From assembly GCF_009914755.1 (NCBI RefSeq), contig NC_060934.1: DNA of 64,000 bases; one strand, 5' to 3'. The translations under genes were made by a program, and so were the position numbers. A model generated the notes under the pieces. It was not told where the DNA came from. It worked only from the letters and a program-made list of their open reading frames with translations, and ran no database searches. Source of the DNA: the human T2T-CHM13v2.0 reference genome, Homo sapiens. Positions 50,750 to 63,990 of the stretch are shown one piece after another; position 1 is the first letter of the stretch, and each line of letters opens with the position of its first letter.

Positions 50750-50940
50750 CAAGAATATTACCATTTACCATGAATTGAGCATTTGTTGTGTGCTGTTAGC
50801 CCTGAGCATGAGACAGACATTTCACTTAACTCCCTCTTTTCATGCCCATTTTACGAATGAGGAAACAGGATCAGAGAAATCCAATGACTTGCTCAAAGTC
50901 CCACAGCTAGAGCCGCAACCAGCTCCATCTGCTCCAAAGG
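50750..50940 (-). mobile_element. MIR SINE
   Basis: CCCATTTTACGAATGAGGAAACAGGATCAGAGA...GACTTGCTCAAAGTCCCACAGCTAG. Confidence 0.75.
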
Positions 50941-52776
50941 CCTTGCTTGCAGCCAGCCTACTCCACAGCTTCTCCGCAGCCAGGAAGGTTCCTTTCTGCT
51001 TGCTTGCTTTTCTACGCGGCCACTGAAAGCAGCTGTGACGATATGTAGGTCATACTAACCACAAATATTACCAAGACCACGGAACTGGGTGGGCACTTTG
51101 GCAGCATCTTGGTTGTGACTGGTGACTTTTCTCCCACAGTCAAAGAACCAGGTCAGTTCCCAGGCTCACCCAGCAGACAGTCTGGGGCAGAGACAGGGGC
51201 AGCGAGCAAGAACCCAGGGGAGGGGCTTTGCTACGCAAGAAACTAAGGAAAACACTGGTGTGCTTGGGGATAGGGATCCCGCTTGGCAAATGCGGAGGCC
51301 TCTGGCCATATTCGGTGCTGCCATACACAATGCCACCCAAGGAGGTTTCAGGTCCAGAAGCGCCCCAGGTCACCTCAGCAGGAGTCCCAGGCTATGGACC
51401 TCTGAATAGATGTCAAGGGGGACCCTCCTGCCCATTGCCACATCCCTACCCTGGTTACATGTTACTGGTGTTTCTCAAAGGCTGCTTTGCCAAGTGGGTG
51501 GCCCCCACTCATACATGCAAAATGGGCTAAGAGGAGTATTCTTCACCCCTTCTAGGAGACACAAGCATATTCAGACCTGGAGAAGTGTCACCTTAGTGAG
51601 ATCTATTTAATGGTGCTGGACCTTTGAGAACCATCCATACAAGTCCTGGAGAACAGCAAACTACCGTGGGAGAGAGGGAGGAAGGTGCACACGGCATGTG
51701 GAGGAAGCTGAGATCCTAGGAGCAGGCCAGGTGCCTCCAGCAACATCCCTGCACTTCACCCCGGCAACCCAGGCCACAACTGCAGTGCAGTGAGCTAAAG
51801 GGCCACAGCCTGGGGATGGAACACCAAGGCCACGTTCCCTGCCTCCACCCATGCTCCCCGTGTCCGCCTGTCAAAGCTTCTCCAGCCTGCTGGTCCTCAA
51901 ACCCTGCTCCCTGTGCCCCCACTGAGGCTGCGCTGCACGGGCTCAGCACACAGACTGCTAGCCACACCACCCAAGTTCAAATCCCTTACCTGCCTAGAAC
52001 CGGCACCATGGCCCTAGGTGAGTTATTTAATTAGGTCTGTGCTTCTGTGTCTGTGGTGGTAACCTGGCATGACAATAACAGTAGCTGTGTCCCAGATACT
52101 GGGATGGCGATGGTGGGGATGGGCAGGTTTGGTGGCTGACGTGCACCCACCCCTTCTGCCAGCACCTTGCACATCATGGGAGCTCAGTGTACACTGACAG
52201 GACTTGCAGGACACATACAGCCTTTGAAGCTAAACTACCCTTTGGAGAATCGTGACTCCCTCCACCTCTAGCCTTCCTGCTTTCAGCCATGATAGGCCTA
52301 AAGTCTGAGCAGAGCTGCTCACCAAGGAAGGACTAAGAGGAGCCACAAGGAGCAGCTTTATTTAAAGGGAGAGATACAACTGATCAGCAGCTTTTCCTCC
52401 TTGCCCCTCATCTTTTCATTGTCAGTTTCAAAACAGGCCAGTGCTAGGGCCAGAGCTAATAGCAGTGGTGGAAGTGGTCTTGGTTACAGTAAGAACTTTC
52501 TAACACATTTCTGGGTCCCCAAAGATGCTCCAGCCCATGCAACAGCCTCCTGGCTCCAGGCTGGCTGCTGCAGGTTTCTCAGACAATGGCAGCATCTGCC
52601 CTGGGACAGCCTCCACTGCCTAACTTTGAGGTGGGGCACAGGATAAAACCACAGCCAGCTGAGGCTTTTAAATCTGAGCCAACCATCCCCACCCTTATTT
52701 TCACAGAGTGGCTGCAAAACCACCTTGCCGGGCCAAGCTCCATTACCACAAGCTCATCTCCTCTAGCAACTTCTGA

Positions 52777-53285
<509 letters not shown>

Positions 53286-53784
53286 TGAGGCAGCAAACGA
53301 ACGCAGAGCAAACGATCCATCCTCGCTCTGGCCCACACTGTCTCAAGCATGAGGGCAACACAAGACAGCTTGGAAAAGACATCTCACTGGGACCAGACAA
53401 GCAACCCAGCTGGTACGTCCAGAGGAATGCCCCAGAGTAATGCCATTTTCATTGTAAAAATTACACTTTTGTGCACTGAGATCCGTTGAATACAACTCAC
53501 CCTGATACCAAGGCTCCAGTTAGCCAAGCTTCACGAGCACTAAGTGCCCCTTTCCCACAGCCCCCTCGCCAGCATGCCTGCTTATCACCTGGGGGGGCAT
53601 GGGAAGGGCCCACTCGAGGCCAACGGTGAGCACGGCAGAGCCTGAGACAGCCGAGCCAGCTGCCTTGTAGCCCTGCCACATTCCTGGGCCCTATCGAGGG
53701 CCAGCTTTAGCTTTTGGTGAGAAATTGCCAAGCAAATCCAGTGACTTTCCAAATGGGGAAATCGAGACGTAAGGTCATCTAGAT

Positions 53785-54170
53785 CAGGTGCCAGCAAACT
53801 TTTCTTAGAGAGCCAGAGAGTAAATATTTATGTTCTGTAAGCTATCGGGCTCTGTCATAATGACCCAGCCCTGCCACTACACAACCCTGCCGTTGTAGCA
53901 TGAAAGCAGCTGGAGACAACATGTATGTATCCAGGCAGAGCTGTGTACCAATAAAACTTTATTTATAAAAACAGGCAATCACTACATATTGGGTACAATG
54001 TACACTACTTGAGTGACAGGTGCACTAAAATCTCAGACTTCACCACTATACAATTCAGCCATGAAACCAAAGGCCACCTGTACCCCAAAAGCTACTGAAA
54101 TTAAAAAAAAAAAAAAAAAAAACAGGCAATGGAAGGATCTGGCCTGTGGGCTATGGTGTGCTGACCCCTT
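53785..54170 (+). mobile_element. MER58A-like hAT MITE interrupted by an L1 fragment
   Basis: CAGGTGCCAGCAAACTTTTCT start, CCAATAAAACTTTATTTATAAAAACAGGC core, GCTGACCCCT end. Confidence 0.8.
53980..54117 (+). mobile_element. L1PB-like extreme 3' fragment with poly(A)
   Basis: ATATTGGGTACAATGTACACTAC...CTCAGACTTCACCACTATACAATTC...; TSD AAAAACAGGCAAT at 53967-53979 and 54118-54130. Confidence 0.85.
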
Positions 54171-55460
54171 CTCTGAGGTGACAGCTGTCACCACTCCTGG
54201 AAGACATGGCCATAACTGGAGTCATGAGTACAGTGAATGTCCCCTGAATCAGGAGGTTCCAGGGGTCTGTCCACTCAGCAGATCTATAGTTAGCATATTA
54301 AACGGAGGTGTGTCGCATCCCACACAGAACTCAACAGACACTGGGACCTCTGTCCTCTGTGAGTGTTCCCCAGGTCATGCTGTGATGAGAATGGTCCCCA
54401 GAAGGTTGAGAGAGGCCCAGGAGCAGAAGGGCCCATGGCTGCCCTCTAACCCACCTCAACTGCAGAGGAAAAAGGCAGAGTCTAGCTCTCCTTGTAAGCC
54501 AGGCCTCCTGAAAGGGCCCAAACAGGATCTGACACCTGGAATAAAAGCTGCGCCTGTCCTGTGCTTTTCCTTCTCCCAGCTGGTGGGCTCTGAGACAATC
54601 TTACAGCCACTGTCCCGCACTGCGAGGTCTCTCTAGGCCTCAAGGCCAGGGCAGTGGGGAGGAGGGAAGGGACCTTTTACTGTCCTCTGCCACCACCACC
54701 CCAACACCTCTGGTGCCCTGTCAAAAGCACGAGGGGGTTCCTTCAACAGGTTCCTGGGCTCTACCAAGGCCACCATTACTGCCCCCGTTTGGACACTGCT
54801 CGTTGTCCCCACTTAAATTCAAGTTTCAGATTTCAGTAATGATCCAATCTTAGCCTGCTTCATCCACAACAGTGACAACTGTCATCTTAGACTGTCTTAC
54901 ATGGCTCTGACGGCTGGCCTAGCAGGGCCCAGAGCAAGCTCCCTAGATGACGTCATGTGAGATCCCTGCTGCCATCCCAGGTCTGGGCTCCGATCGGTGA
55001 GCCCGGCTGCTTGGCTGCCTCACACCAGGGATCCTCATGTGTCCACCACGGCAAGGCAGGAAGGCCTAGCCAACCCCTCACCTCCATGACTCTAGCCCTC
55101 ACTGGACCAGACCCCTTTGTGGACAACACCTGAGATGGGAGGGGCCTGGCACCCAGAGCCCTGCCCAGACCCCCTCCTGGGGAGTGGAACAAGCATGGGC
55201 CTCATGGCCACAGCTGGTCCTGTGACCGTGGCCGCTACTCTGAACCTCAGCCTCTTCCGTAAAACAAGCACAACAATACCCACTTTCCAGGGCTGTAATA
55301 AAGATAATCCACAGCTACACAAACGCTTAGCACAGTGCCTGCCACACTGTCCCCAGTAAACAATGCTGTCATCCTTGCTTACTAAGTATCATCAATGGAG
55401 GAGCTGATGTGCCCAATGGGGAAGAATCCAGGCCTCCTGCCTCAGTTTGTGAGTTCGTTC

Positions 55461-55537
55461 GTCCGTCCATCCATCCATCCATCCACCCACCCACACACCC
55501 ACCCACCCACCCATCCATCCATCCATCCATCCATCCA
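55461..55537 (+). repeat. (CCAT)n/(CCAC)n tetranucleotide repeat
   Basis: Directly visible; followed by ATTCAATAAAT, as expected at an antisense L2 tail. Confidence 0.9.
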
Positions 55538-55557
55538 TGTATTCAATAAATTTTTAG

Positions 55558-55846
55558 AGGGTGGGCACAGTAGCTCACATCTGTAATCCCAGTGCTTTCG
55601 GAGGCTCAGGCAGGAGGATGGCTTGAGGCCAGGAGTTCAAGACTAGCCTAAGCAACATAGCAAGACCCTGTCTCTACAAAAAATTAAAAGACTTAAAAAT
55701 TAGCCTGGCATACTGGCATGCATCTGTAGTCCCAGCTACTTGGGAGGCTGAGGTGGGAGGATCACTTGAGCCCAGGAGTTCAAGGTTATAGTTAGCTACG
55801 ATCACACCACAGTACTCCAGCCTGGGTGACAGAGCAAGATCCTGTC
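55558..55846 (+). mobile_element. Alu, AluJ-like
   Basis: GGAGGATGGCTTGAGGCCAGGAGTTCAAGAC; GGATCACTTGAGCCCAGGAGTTCAAGG. Confidence 0.92.
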
Positions 55847-56584
55847 AATCAATCGATTTTTGGGAAACCACTCACACCTTGGTAGGTGCTAGAGGTCTAG
55901 TTAAAGAACCAGACAGGTACAGGCCCTGGCCTCAAGGGCCAGCTGTCACCACTGCTTGGTCACCGCACCTCAAGCCTGGAATGCCCACCTGTCTACAAGC
56001 CTAGACCAGGTGAAACAGGGTCTCACACAGAGCAGGAACGAGAAACGGTCACTGAGTCCTTTGCACACTGAGGGGCAAGTCTCAAATCTAAGCCTGTGCC
56101 TTCTTGTCCTTGTCTTTCAATGTCATGTGAGTGTGGACCCCAGAAGACCACAAGGCAGGCTGCTTCTCCTCCCAGAGCCTCATCCCTGCCTCTCAGAGCT
56201 GCAGTGGTAGACAGGACACACACATAAAGTGCAAGCCTGTGCATGACCAAAGCCATCAGTGCTGTCATTTGTGTGTTGACCAAAGTTCCAAGGAGTGGGG
56301 CCTAGGCCAAAGGAGGTACAGAGCTCTGGCTAAGGTTCCTGACATGAACCACACTGCCCTCGTTCCTAGGAAAAGAGACAATGCGAGCAGGAGACCAACA
56401 TCAGAGGCTAGAGAAAGGCCAGCACTGGAGCGGCTGCCAAGTAAGGCTCCGGCCCCACCTCTGCAGAACAGGCCCAATCCGTCCCCAGCTGCAAGAGGAG
56501 CCAGAGGAGGGCTGCCCAAACCAAAGACAAACCAGAGGTGGCCTCCCACAGAGGGCCCATCTCCCATATTCAGCACTTTCCATA

Positions 56585-56725
56585 TTGAAGGAGCTCGCGA
56601 TGTACTTGGTGGTCTTGTTAAAACACAGACTCTGATCCGGCAGGTCTGGGGTGGGCACCGAGGTTCTGAAGTCCCATCGTGCTGCCAGGTGATGTCTTCG
56701 TGCCGGAAGGTGAACTGCACTCTGG
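56585..56725. mobile_element. MER5-like DNA transposon fragment
   Basis: CTTGTTAAAACACAGACTCTGATCCGGCAGGTCTGGGGTGGG...CCAGGTGATG. Confidence 0.55.
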
Positions 56726-57744
56726 GAGCTGGAAGCTTTCCATGGTGATTTTGGGCCTTTAACAAGGGTTCGTCATGGGCCTTCATTTACCCCAGGGCTC
56801 ATTTTGTTCCAGGGCGCCTACCAGCAGCCTATATTCCCTGTGCTTCTACCCTCGGGCGTCTCCAGAGACCGATGCTACTGCTCCTCACCTCCTCCCACCA
56901 ACCCAGGAGGCTCTGGGCCAAATCTCCCAGGTCTCCCGAGCCTGGCACGGGACACCTGTATGCCCAGCCTCCCTGTTCGTCAGTGTACCCCATGAACACT
57001 GCAAGGTTTAAGTGAGCTAACACCGTGCCAGGCCCTGCGGTCAGTGCTGCCTGGATGCCTCCATGCTTTCCAGGGAGCTTGGGTACCAGGTTCACACAGC
57101 ACCAGGCACTGAGGAGCTTGAGGCTCAGGCCTCACTTGGCCAAGACACACCTGTGGTGAGCAGGTGCCGGTCTCCACTTGAGAAGGGATGGAGCTTGCAC
57201 ACACTGGCACCTCCCCTAGGGCTGGCCCCCAGGGCTGCCTGACACCAGCAGATCAAGCACAAGACTTGCCAGAGAGCAGCCTCCAGCACCTCCATGGAGT
57301 CCCTGAAGGGAGGTTCAGAGCTGGGGCCCGCTTACCCCAGGCATGGGAAGTGGGCAAAACCCCAGCCAAAGCAGGCCTCCGGGGCCAAAAGCCAATGGTG
57401 GCTGGTGCACCCTGGCATGCTGCTCGCCTTTAGGAAACAGGTCAGCTTGGGGAGCTTCAACACTGGGCCGGGAAGGCAGAGACCTGGGCTCCAAGCCCAG
57501 ATCCGCCATCACAATCTGCCTTTCTACCAGGGGCTACAAGGCCCCCAAGTCTTCAAAACCCGCAGGGCTACAGCTCTGAGGGTAGAACTCTGCGCAGATG
57601 GCACAAAGCTAGCCAACTCTCCGGCCCTCAGCAAGTCACCTAAGGACGGCAAAAGACAGGACCTGGCTGTGCCCAAGGCCAGGCCCTCAGTACTCATGCT
57701 CAGTGGTTACCCCAGCCATCCACAGAAATGGGATAGTCCCGTAT

Positions 57745-57870
57745 TCCAAAACAATGATTTATTAGGCACTTGCTGTATGTAGGCACTGCTTTTACCCAAT
57801 TTTCAGACCAAGAAACTGAGGCACAGAGAGGTTAAGTAGCTGCCCAGGGCAGAAGTCCCCATCCTCTCAC
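57745..57870 (-). mobile_element. MIR SINE
   Basis: AAGAAACTGAGGCACAGAGAGGTTAAGTAGCTGCCCAGGG. Confidence 0.75.
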
Positions 57871-60189
57871 TGCGTGGGGCCAGAGGGAAGTCCCAAAGCT
57901 TCTTTCTGCTGCTGCTCGATCCAGGACTGTTGCCTCTGGCTTTCTCGGCTCCTGATTTCTGACTCAGGTTGGCTCCCCAAGGACAAACCTGACAAAGCTC
58001 CTTTTTCCCTGATGAACTTTCCCCTCCTGGTAAGGTAGAGGGAGAACCCACCTGACTGGCCCTACAGAGGCCAGCCCCAGCCAGTGGCCCTCGCTTGTGT
58101 GCACCAGGCTCTTGGACCCTCATTGAGAACCAGGCAAGAAATTCCCAAGGGCTTCAGGCCCCAGCAGTTCACAGCCTCCAGTGCTCTGCACAGTTCCACA
58201 GCCCCCTTTCTCCACTGAAGGGTACCAAAGGCGTGGGCATAGCCTTCTCTTACTGCCCCAAACTTGTCTATCACCTGAGTGAGGTTCAAGTCCCTGGCCA
58301 CCTGCCCAGGGCCATCCTTCACTGCCCACAGAATAAAGCCTCAACTCTCCAGGTGGCTCTCCCAACCCCAGTTCCAGCCCAACTGTCTGCTCCTGGTCTT
58401 AGGAACATCTATGTGCCTGTGTCTCCTCTCCACTCCAACTGATGGGCTGCCCAAGCCTGTTCCCCTGACTAGAGAGCTTCTTAGCTCCCCTGCAAAGGAG
58501 CCAGTGCTAGGCCCTGCACATGACAGGCAGAACTCAAAACGTGCCCCTCGCTTCCTACTCCTGGCTTCCTAGAACAATCCCATATGCATACATGGAGGTC
58601 CTGTGTCCATCATCTTATTTCGTCCTGGCAACTGCTATTATGGATCCTGCTAGATGGGTGAGAAAACCAAGGCTCAGAGGATACAGCCCTGGGCATTGGT
58701 CACGTGGGCCGGTGATATGGCCCTTTCCACGTTTCTAAGTGATGACTTGTTGGTGCTGTGACCTCCAGGAGGCCAGGGCTAACTGTCCTCTCCATTGCTG
58801 CATCCCTGGTGCCTACAAGGGCCTGACTCACAGCAAATGCTAGGTAAATAAATAGTGGCTGAACAAAGAGATTAATCTAGAATTGAATCTCGATCCTCAG
58901 AGGACAAGACTAGCTCATCTTACTGTGACTCGGCTTATAGTCGGCTACGTAGACACAGCTGTCTCCACCCCAGCCCTGTAGCCTGCACCTACCTTGCAGG
59001 TAAGGATGGGGTCTTGTACACGCTAGTCTTCCCTGAGCCCTGGCACAGGCAGTTGTATACAGCTGGTGTTCAATCAATGCATGCTGATTTGAACCAGCTT
59101 CCCAGGTTATTGGCTGCCTAGACTCTGAGGGCCCAGAAAGTTCCCCTGGTGGGCAGGGCCACGTTCCTGAAGCTCCCAGGCTGATAAGCTAGACGCCCTG
59201 ACATTCCTGTGAATCCCTCCCAGAAGGGTGGGGCAAACCAGAGCCACAAATGCAATTTTCCAGGAAAACTATGGTTAAGAGGCTGCCAAGCCCCAGAGAC
59301 AGGATAGCTCTGGAACCTTCGGCTTGGTCCAAGGCCACCTCTGCCACATTCCTTCTATTCTGGGGCCTTCCCTCCACCTGCCACTGCAACCTTCCAGGCT
59401 CACACTCACTTCCAGAGTGCTGGTAGATGGGGGCTCACCCCGAAGAGCTCCCTGTGGATGGGGCTTGCAGCTGGCCAGCTGTGTAGAACCTGACGCGAGT
59501 GGCTCGAGCAGGGGACATGTGGGGACAAAGGCACAGCCCAGTCATGAAATGCAGGACCACAACCGTGGAAAAATGGCCCAGGGCCTGTCATGCTGCAAAG
59601 CTGTCTTCTCAGCACCCCCTGATGAGAAGCCCCTGTCTTCCTGTATCACCCCGTCTCCCACCACCTCCCATCTCCCCAGCCCTGCCCCGGCCACACGCCA
59701 GGAACAGCAGGCTAAGCAGGGCTGCACGGGTACAGTAGAAAAGAGGCCTCAGAGAGCAGGGCAGGATGCTCAGAGAAACAGTGAACTCCCCGGGCCTCCC
59801 GGACCAGCCCCACGAGGAGGGTGGAGCAGGTGAGCCCAGGAACCTCTAGTTCCACCATGGACAGCCTGTGGGCACCAGACGCTCTGGTCCTCAGGTCTCC
59901 TGGGGCCTGCTATACCCGAGGCAGAGGGCACAACCCAGAGCACCTAGCACCTCAGGCAGGGGCCTCTTGCCCAGCCCCTCCTTTACCAGCTGGCATTGGG
60001 CCCTTCCAGAGGAAAAGGGTCTATGGCAGCACCAAGTGGGAACCAAGGCTGACCCCCAACCCCCCCACACTCTTATACCCGTACCCCAAAGCCCCACTCA
60101 GCAAAGCTACATGCAGTTACTGAATGATGGAGCAGTGGCCAGGCCAAACTGAGACCTGCTGTCACCTGACACACCAGTGGATCTCTGAA

Positions 60190-60382
60190 ACCAGTAAGAA
60201 AAAAGAACATAAAATAGTGCATTCATGATTTACTTACATCGATGACATGTGGAAATGATAGTATTTTGGAAATACTGGGTTAAATATACTATTCAAAGTC
60301 ATTTCACTTTCTTCTCTTAATAACTGGCTACTAGGAATTTTAAATTATATATGTGGCTTGAGTTCTGGTTTCACTGGACTGC
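60190..60382. mobile_element. MER33/MER3-like hAT DNA transposon fragment
   Basis: GAAATGATAGTATTTTGGAAATACTGGGTTAAAT...GGCTACTAGGAATTTTAAATTATATATGTGGCT. Confidence 0.72.
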
Positions 60383-60433
60383 TTCCTCTAAGACTCAGCC
60401 ACCGCCTGTAAAATGGATAACGATGTGCCTTCC

Positions 60434-60445
60434 TCATGGGGCTAT
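60434..60445 (-). CDS. FAM53B: Candidate alternative terminal exon of FAM53B, coding part Ile-Ala-Pro-stop
   Basis: Minus strand CTCACCTGTTGTATTTTCTCCTCCAG|ATA GCC CCA TGA; candidate AGTAAA at 60234-60229 with a U-rich downstream element. Inferred from signals only. Confidence 0.45.
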   Translation of the reverse strand: MAP

Positions 60446-62880
60446 CTGGAGGAGAAAATACAACAGGTGAGTTTCTTCTGCAAATCATCCCCCACCTCAC
60501 CTGCCAACAGTCAGCAGCCCACAGCTGTGGCCTGGCACTCCACCTGTGTGGTCAGAGGCTGCCCTCTGAGCCTCCACATCCACAGGGCTGAGGAGGACCG
60601 GGCAGGGCTGGGAGAGGCTCCTGTTCCTGGTGCCTGGGGTGCGAGGCACCTGACTCTCCCCATTCTCGCACTACAGCCTCCCAGCCCCGCCCGGGGTCAC
60701 AGGGCAGAGGGCTGCTCCCTCCCTCACTGGACTGCCCTCAAGCTAATGAGAATAATGCCTCCAGAAATGCCTCAAATGGAAGATTTCATAAGAAGCAGAG
60801 ACCCTTCTGGAAGATCACAAGCAGCAACAAAATAAGATCAAGAACACCATGCTGGTGCTGAGCCTCTCCAGGGGGTACTGCACAGCTGCCTGCTGTAGGA
60901 GCTCTCCCTCATCAGGCTGCTTCACTCCCACGACATGGGGAGGAGGACACTGAGGCCCAGGGAGGGGCAGCGACTTGCTCAGGGCTACTCGGCTGGTGAG
61001 GGGCACACCAAGCCCCACACCAGGCCCACCTATCTCTGGAGCCCAGATTCCTCCTAGCAGGGGAGCCCAGGCCAGACACTGCCTTCCATTTCCTGCTGTC
61101 CTAGGTTTGGAGCAGATGCCGGCATGCATATTTGTTCGTAGTTTTCCCTGCGTGAATCAAGCTGAAGATCTGGTGTCTCTGCTGAGTGACAATTAACCTC
61201 ACACCATTTCAGATGAGATATTTTTTCTTGCCAAACAGTTAATGCTGCATAATCAGCCAACATCTGCGGAAATGCTCTCCCCAAACACACGGCCAGCTCG
61301 CCCCTTGGCCTAAGCTGTTTCTGAGCAGGACCACAGCCCCCACAGCAGGGTGTTTCTAGCCACCGGCTCCCCTGCCGCAGGGTATTTATTCCCATGTTTA
61401 TTTGCCATCAATTCTCAGAAAATTCTGTTGCCCAAGACTGTTCTAGATTACAGTGAGATGGAAACTCTCTAGGTGAATCAGGCTTGTTTAAAGCTGGCTA
61501 CCAACTAGCAAGGGGGATACGGGCAATGCACTTTCAGTTAGAACTGCCTGGCAGACAAGAGCACAGCACTGTGCCCATGCCAGGCAGGACCTGTCCTTCC
61601 ACAAGGGGACACAAGGTACAGAGCCAGAAAGGCACGACAAGACCCAGGCAACCCACAAGGGTGCTCTCCTTGTCTCATCTTCCTAGGGAGGCACAAGAGC
61701 AAAGAGGCAGCTGATAAGTGGGGCCAGGGGTCATGAGGCAAGAGGGGACCTCATGGAGGCTGAGTGGGCCCAGCAAGTGTGCACAGAACAGGCCTGGCGG
61801 AGCACGGTACGGCACAGCCACCGTTACAGTGTGCCCTCAAACCACCTTCCCCTTGTGTGCCAAGTTTCAAGTATGGGCACTGATAGGCCTTTTCCTTCTG
61901 GGACACAGAATGCCAGGTTTTCCTGCCACTCCTTCCCAAGGCCTGATGTGCCAAAGGCGCCTCTCACGGAGGGAAGTGAGTGGAGGGCATCCGGTGCTGC
62001 CTCCGGAGCAGCTGCCAAGAGGCCCGAGAGCGGAGGCCAGCCAGGCCCCTGGCCTGGGGAAAGTGCAGGGCTGGCTTGGACCTCCTCCCCGCCATTCAAG
62101 ACAAGCCATTTTGGGGGGTGTAGGGGGTAGAAGGCAGTGGCCAAGGGCTCAGAGGTCTTCAGCAAAGTCACCAAAAAAATGGTTCACAAACGTTCTGCTT
62201 TGGGCAGTAAGAGGATTATTTCACATTCTGGATGTGTCCACTTGAGGGATGTAACGCGCACTGTCCACACACCTCCGCTCAGTGTGGCAGAGCACCAGAT
62301 CACTGGGCCCTTCTCCCTCGTGTCCCGGACTTATACAACAGGACAGCTGAACCGCAGTGCCAGGCAGAACTAAAGCGCTCTTCCAGAGAGGCCATGGTGC
62401 TGGCCACAGAGCCTCTCTATGAGCCCCGTGCCCGGCTTTACCAGCCTGCTCATAGCTCAAGAAATGCAGAGTCTGCTCAAGGGCTGGGAGGAGAAGTCAG
62501 GGCCACCGGGGATTCACTGATCCATCAGTTGATGGGCCCGGAGGATGTGGTAAGTAACAGCCACACATTCTGAGCACCACCTGAGCACCAGGTCCTGGGC
62601 CAAAGGCTGGGAGCAGCCCCACGTGAGGACGTCACCATCCCTACCTGACCGTCAGGGAACCCAAAGCCTAGGGCAAATCCCAGACTTCCCGGGGCCCTGT
62701 GCTTCACAAGTGGTGGGGAGCTCACCCCAGGAAGGGAGCCCTATGGAGACATGGGGGCCCACGGGCTGTCGGGGCCAAAGAGTGAGTGGATCCCACTCAC
62801 CGCTCTGCCACGCAGCCAGCAAGTACATGGCCTCGGCACTCCCTTTTCTTCCCTGGAAAGTAGAACAGAAGGAGCCCCTC

Positions 62881-62990
62881 ACAGGGTGGGTGAGGACCAC
62901 AGGGTGGGTGAGGATTACAGGGTGGGTAAGGACCATAGGGTGGGTGAGGATTACAGGGTGGGTGAGGATTACAGGGTGGGTGAGGACCAC
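62881..62990 (+). repeat. 18-bp minisatellite x6 (ACAGGGTGGGTGAGGA(CC/TT))
   Basis: Directly visible. Confidence 0.95.
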
Positions 62991-63399
62991 ACACCCGAGG
63001 GAGGACGCCCTGCAAACACCGGCCCGTGGATTAGGAGTTAGTGACCCACTTCCCAGAGCCAGGGTGAGGCTGATGTGTGTGCAGATATGGGAGGGGAGAA
63101 CTCAGACACCCCTGTGAGCCTCAGGCCACTCGCTGCCACTGTCCAGCAACAGAGGGCGGGCGGTGACACTCATCACCATGAGAGGCACTTGCAGAGGTGC
63201 CTAACTTCCTCTGAGCCTGTCCCCGACACTGGGGCCCTGCCTAAGCATCTCTCTGGTATGCTTTCATCCTCATGTGCCTTCTTGCCGTGACCTCCTTGAA
63301 CCGGTTTCCCTGGGGCCGTCTGCGGTCGAACCCCCAAGGTGGAAGATAAGCATAGCAGTCAGGTAAGGCAGGTGACTGAGTATCCCATCAGATCCTGGC

Positions 63400-63990
63400 C
63401 CCAGAGCCCTGATGGCATTCCAACCCTGCGCTCCAGGCAAAAAGCCCGCTCCTCACCCCAGCCTGCAAGGCCAACCGTGATGGCCCTGCCGACATCTCAA
63501 GCATCCCTTGCACCCCCGACTCAGGAACCTGTCCCCCCAGCTTCACTGTGCCCTGCGCTCACCACGCCCACTCCGACCCCAGTCACCGCAGCCTCGCCAT
63601 GCCCTGCACTCACCACACCCACTCCCACCTCTGGGGCTTGCCTTCCCTCTACTCAGGACATTCTCCCTGATTATCTTTGCAAAGCTGAACACATCTCATC
63701 ATCTGTGACTTTGTGCCAATGTCACCTCCTCAACAAGGCCTCCCTGTCCCTCCAATCTAAAGCTGGCCACTTCCCATTCCACCTCCTCTCATCCTGCCTG
63801 GTGATCCAAACCACGCTGGCCTGCTGGATTCTCATTAGCACAAATATTGCCATCAGAAAGGGCCCTGCCTGCCTGTTGTAGGCCTGAATGACATCCATCC
63901 CCCTTTCTGCATTGCAGAAACATCCCCAGGGCCTAGCTGAATGCCAGGTGGCCAGCACACTCCAGGCAAGGATCTGCTGAGTGAAGAACT
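63400..63990 (+). mobile_element. L2 LINE 3' fragment including a 51-bp local duplication (~63538/63589)
   Basis: GGACATTCTCCCTGATTATCTTTGC...AATGTCACCTCCTCAACAAGGCCTCCCTG...CCCCAGGGCCTAG...CTGCTGAGTGAA. Confidence 0.6.
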
